From a virus (Duplodnaviria; Caudoviricetes), in IMG/VR virus record IMGVR_UViG_3300020202_000172, positions 1-34,084 of that record: DNA of 34,084 nt; one strand, 5' to 3'. The notes beneath the pieces were generated by a model that was given only the letters and a program-made list of their open reading frames with translations, was not told the DNA's origin and ran no database searches. This document shows positions 31,783-34,084 of this stretch, piece after piece (within the stretch, counting starts at the first letter, position 1; each line of letters opens with the position of its first letter). The position numbers were made by a program, and so were the translations under genes.

Positions 31783-33588
31783 TCAGCCAAGGAGCGCCTG
31801 AATGTCGCGGAGGTAGTCCCCGCACCACGCGAGGTCCTCTTTCTCTTCGAGCCAAGCGCGACGCGCTTCGAGCGTGTCGTGCGGCTTCCAGTGTTCGAGG
31901 GCGAGACTGAGGAACTCGTCGTTCGGATTGGCGCGGTGCGCCGCCGAGCACGCGGCGAGAACGTGCGTCGGATCGCCCGGGCCGTAGCCCTCCAACTCGG
32001 CAAGCTCCTTGCCGTCGCGCGTCGTCGCGATCCAGTGCGGGGGCCCCCAGCCGGTGTCCGGGTTGCCCGGCTGATAGGGCTTTGCAGGCAGGTACCCGTA
32101 GAGCGAGCGAACCTTGAGCTCCAGCAGCGCACCCATCTCCGGCCGCGCCCGCCCGTAGCAGGCTCGTTCGAGCGCGTACATCCCCACGGCGTTCAGCCCC
32201 TCGTGGAAGGTGATGATCCCCGTGCAGTTGGAGGGCAGCTCGTCGCGCTTCTCGCGCATCGTGAAGCCCCACTTGTCCGCCGCGAGCAGGCCGAGCGCGA
32301 GCATCTTCTTGCCCCACTCCAGCCAGCCCGGGACGCCGTAGGTGTGGCAGGCCGCACCCCCGTAGCACATCCAGGCGTAGTTGCGGTCGAGCCAGCCGCC
32401 CTTGTGCGGGTTCTTCGAGACAAGGTGCATCGACTTCGCGAGCGTCGTCGGCAGCCACTCGCCCGGGTAGCTCTCGACCGCCTTCTCGTCCGGCCGGTCG
32501 CTCCAGGTCTGGTAGCGCCAGTCCTCGCAGGCCATCGCGAGGTCGTCGATCGCCCACTGTTCGCCCGTGTGGCAGAGCGGGATCAGATGCCGCATCAGCC
32601 GGATGCCGTGCGCCACGTCGTGGCCCCGGTACTCGCGCAGCTTCGACTCGTAGGCGCAGGTCCCCGAGTTGAACCGCTTGTAGCGGTAGTCGTCGTACCC
32701 GCCCTGCATGAAGCAGACGAGCTCGGTCTCGCCTTGCCGGCCCGGCTCGCCCTTCATCAGTTGCCGGTCGGGCCGCACCGTCCAGTCGTAGAGCGAGATC
32801 GGCCTGCCCGTGTCCGCGTCGTAGGCCGCGCAGAACTGACGAGCCATGTTCGCGCGAGCCAGGATCGCGTGGCAGAGAAGCGCCTCGGGCACCTGCTCGT
32901 AGCCGTGGCTGGGGTCGATCCCAAAGCCCCCGTGCATCCAGGCGGGCGGAGCGCCGTCGAGCCAGAAGGGGCCCATCGCGGGGCCTTGGATGTCGGCCGC
33001 GTAGCCGAGGTTGAGCGGCGCGCCGCCGAACTGAGCGCCCAAGAGCTTCGTCGCCCGCTCGGCGCAGACGCTCGCGTACATGGCGCGATCGACCTTCGGC
33101 TGCCGGCACGCGCCCGGGCCGTAGCCTTTGACCGGATCCGGGATGCGCGCCCCCGCGTAGCGCAAGAGGCCCTGCGCCTTCGCCTTGCTCTTGCCCGCCC
33201 GCACGAGCGCGAAGGGACGCTCCAGGATCGCCCGGGCCGGGAACCAGTGGCTCCCCTCCGCCGGCTTGCCCGCCCAGATCCACGTCCCCGAGAAGCTCTG
33301 CTCCCCGGCCTGCGGCAGCGTCACCCACTCCCAGCCCGCAGGAGCCGCGAACTGGATCGAGTTGTAGTAGACCTCCCCGCAGAAGCCCGTCCCGTCCCGC
33401 TTGACCACGCCGTTGTTGACGCGGAGCACGCCGACGATCAGGTCCGAGCCGACGCCCTTCGCGTAGACGTGGACACCGAGCGTCGAGCCAAAGCGGCCCC
33501 AGGTGAAGCCCTTGTTGCGCGGCTCCACCTTCGGGGAACAGGCGAGCGAGAGCCCGTCGGGGAAGACGATCAGGCCGGTGATGTTCAT
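31783..33588 (-). CDS. Large hypothetical protein, aromatic-rich (possible carbohydrate-active alpha/alpha-barrel)
   Basis: 601-aa ORF with globular composition, beta-rich N-terminus and helical Trp/Tyr-rich C-terminus. ATGA overlap with the upstream gene. Confidence 0.65.
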   Translation of the reverse strand: MNITGLIVFPDGLSLACSPKVEPRNKGFTWGRFGSTLGVHVYAKGVGSDLIVGVLRVNNGVVKRDGTGFCGEVYYNSIQFAAPAGWEWVTLPQAGEQSFSGTWIWAGKPAEGSHWFPARAILERPFALVRAGKSKAKAQGLLRYAGARIPDPVKGYGPGACRQPKVDRAMYASVCAERATKLLGAQFGGAPLNLGYAADIQGPAMGPFWLDGAPPAWMHGGFGIDPSHGYEQVPEALLCHAILARANMARQFCAAYDADTGRPISLYDWTVRPDRQLMKGEPGRQGETELVCFMQGGYDDYRYKRFNSGTCAYESKLREYRGHDVAHGIRLMRHLIPLCHTGEQWAIDDLAMACEDWRYQTWSDRPDEKAVESYPGEWLPTTLAKSMHLVSKNPHKGGWLDRNYAWMCYGGAACHTYGVPGWLEWGKKMLALGLLAADKWGFTMREKRDELPSNCTGIITFHEGLNAVGMYALERACYGRARPEMGALLELKVRSLYGYLPAKPYQPGNPDTGWGPPHWIATTRDGKELAELEGYGPGDPTHVLAACSAAHRANPNDEFLSLALEHWKPHDTLEARRAWLEEKEDLAWCGDYLRDIQALLG

Positions 33589-34084
33589 GCGCGCCGCTCG
33601 ATTCTCCGCGCCCGCGCGCGCTCCCGGGTCATCCGAAGGTTCCGCTCCGCCGAGGACTCGATCTGCGCCATCGCGAGCATCTCATTGACCGCCGAGCGAA
33701 ACGCGACGTGCGCACCCAGCCGGCGCACCTCGGCGCGCACCTCCCGCAGCGCACGCTTGCTCACCCAGGCGTTCATTTCCCCCGCAGCGAAGAGCTCCTT
33801 GATCTTGAGCTGGCGGCCGGCAAGCAGCCGAATGCGGATCCAGCGCGGGCTCTCCGTGTCGGCGTCCGGGTCGACCGTCCTCGCGATGATCGCCACGCGG
33901 TCGCACGAGGCCTCGAATTGGTGCGGCCGGACCTCGCGCTTCTTCCGCCCCAGACAAGGCGGGCTGCAACTGCGCCGCATCAAGAACTTGTGGTCGCTCT
34001 CGCCGGGCGCCCGGGCGAGCGGCTTGGAGCACGCATCGAAGCGGCAGCGGCGCTCGGCGTAGGGGTGCAGCGCGGGGCCGGTCA
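33585..34084 (-). CDS. Partial hypothetical protein with N-terminal Zn-finger-like motif (start at or just beyond the window edge)
   Basis: The frame of 33585..33983 stays open to the window end: TGPALHPYAERRCRFDACSKPL...RRSCSPPC. Confidence 0.6.
   Translation of the reverse strand, partial: TGPALHPYAERRCRFDACSKPLARAPGESDHKFLMRRSCSPPCLGRKKREVRPHQFEASCDRVAIIARTVDPDADTESPRWIRIRLLAGRQLKIKELFAAGEMNAWVSKRALREVRAEVRRLGAHVAFRSAVNEMLAMAQIESSAERNLRMTRERARARRIERRA

Noticed and set aside
1-34084. CRISPR array, DGR, integrase/att site, intron or intein, stop-codon reassignment
   Set aside because: No regularly spaced repeats, reverse transcriptase, recombinase or splicing motifs were seen, and genes tile compactly under the standard code.

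Overview
The window is a GC-rich (roughly 70% by eye) segment of a tailed dsDNA phage or prophage with a podovirus-like virion module. 1-3633 (+) is a run of small, translationally coupled accessory genes, including an HNH-type protein and a secreted protein resembling choice-of-anchor E. 3630-5560 (-) is a four-gene operon: DUF3310, a Zn-binding protein, an HTH-metallophosphoesterase and a SprT-like HExxH peptidase. 5667-6322 (-) is a spanin-like membrane pair, and 6413-6976 (+) holds two antisense small membrane genes. The minus-strand morphogenesis block (6982-30499) encodes small and large terminase, portal, an alpha/beta hydrolase, scaffold, major capsid, decoration protein, head-tail adaptor, a very large nozzle-like tail protein, a fibre-like protein and three ejection-type proteins. 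The last of these is a 1699-aa polyvalent protein with an ART-like domain and an LPD38-like C-terminus. An atypical tRNA-His sits inside the head module. The strongest candidate for a new system is a short LxALIxAVP(P) peptide that occurs three times in the giant ejection protein and again at the C-terminus of the adjacent antisense membrane protein, suggesting superinfection exclusion by motif mimicry. A family of sigma70-like promoters firing directly into GTG starts is also notable, two of them with NrdR-box-like motifs. All family assignments come from motif recognition and gene order, not database searches.
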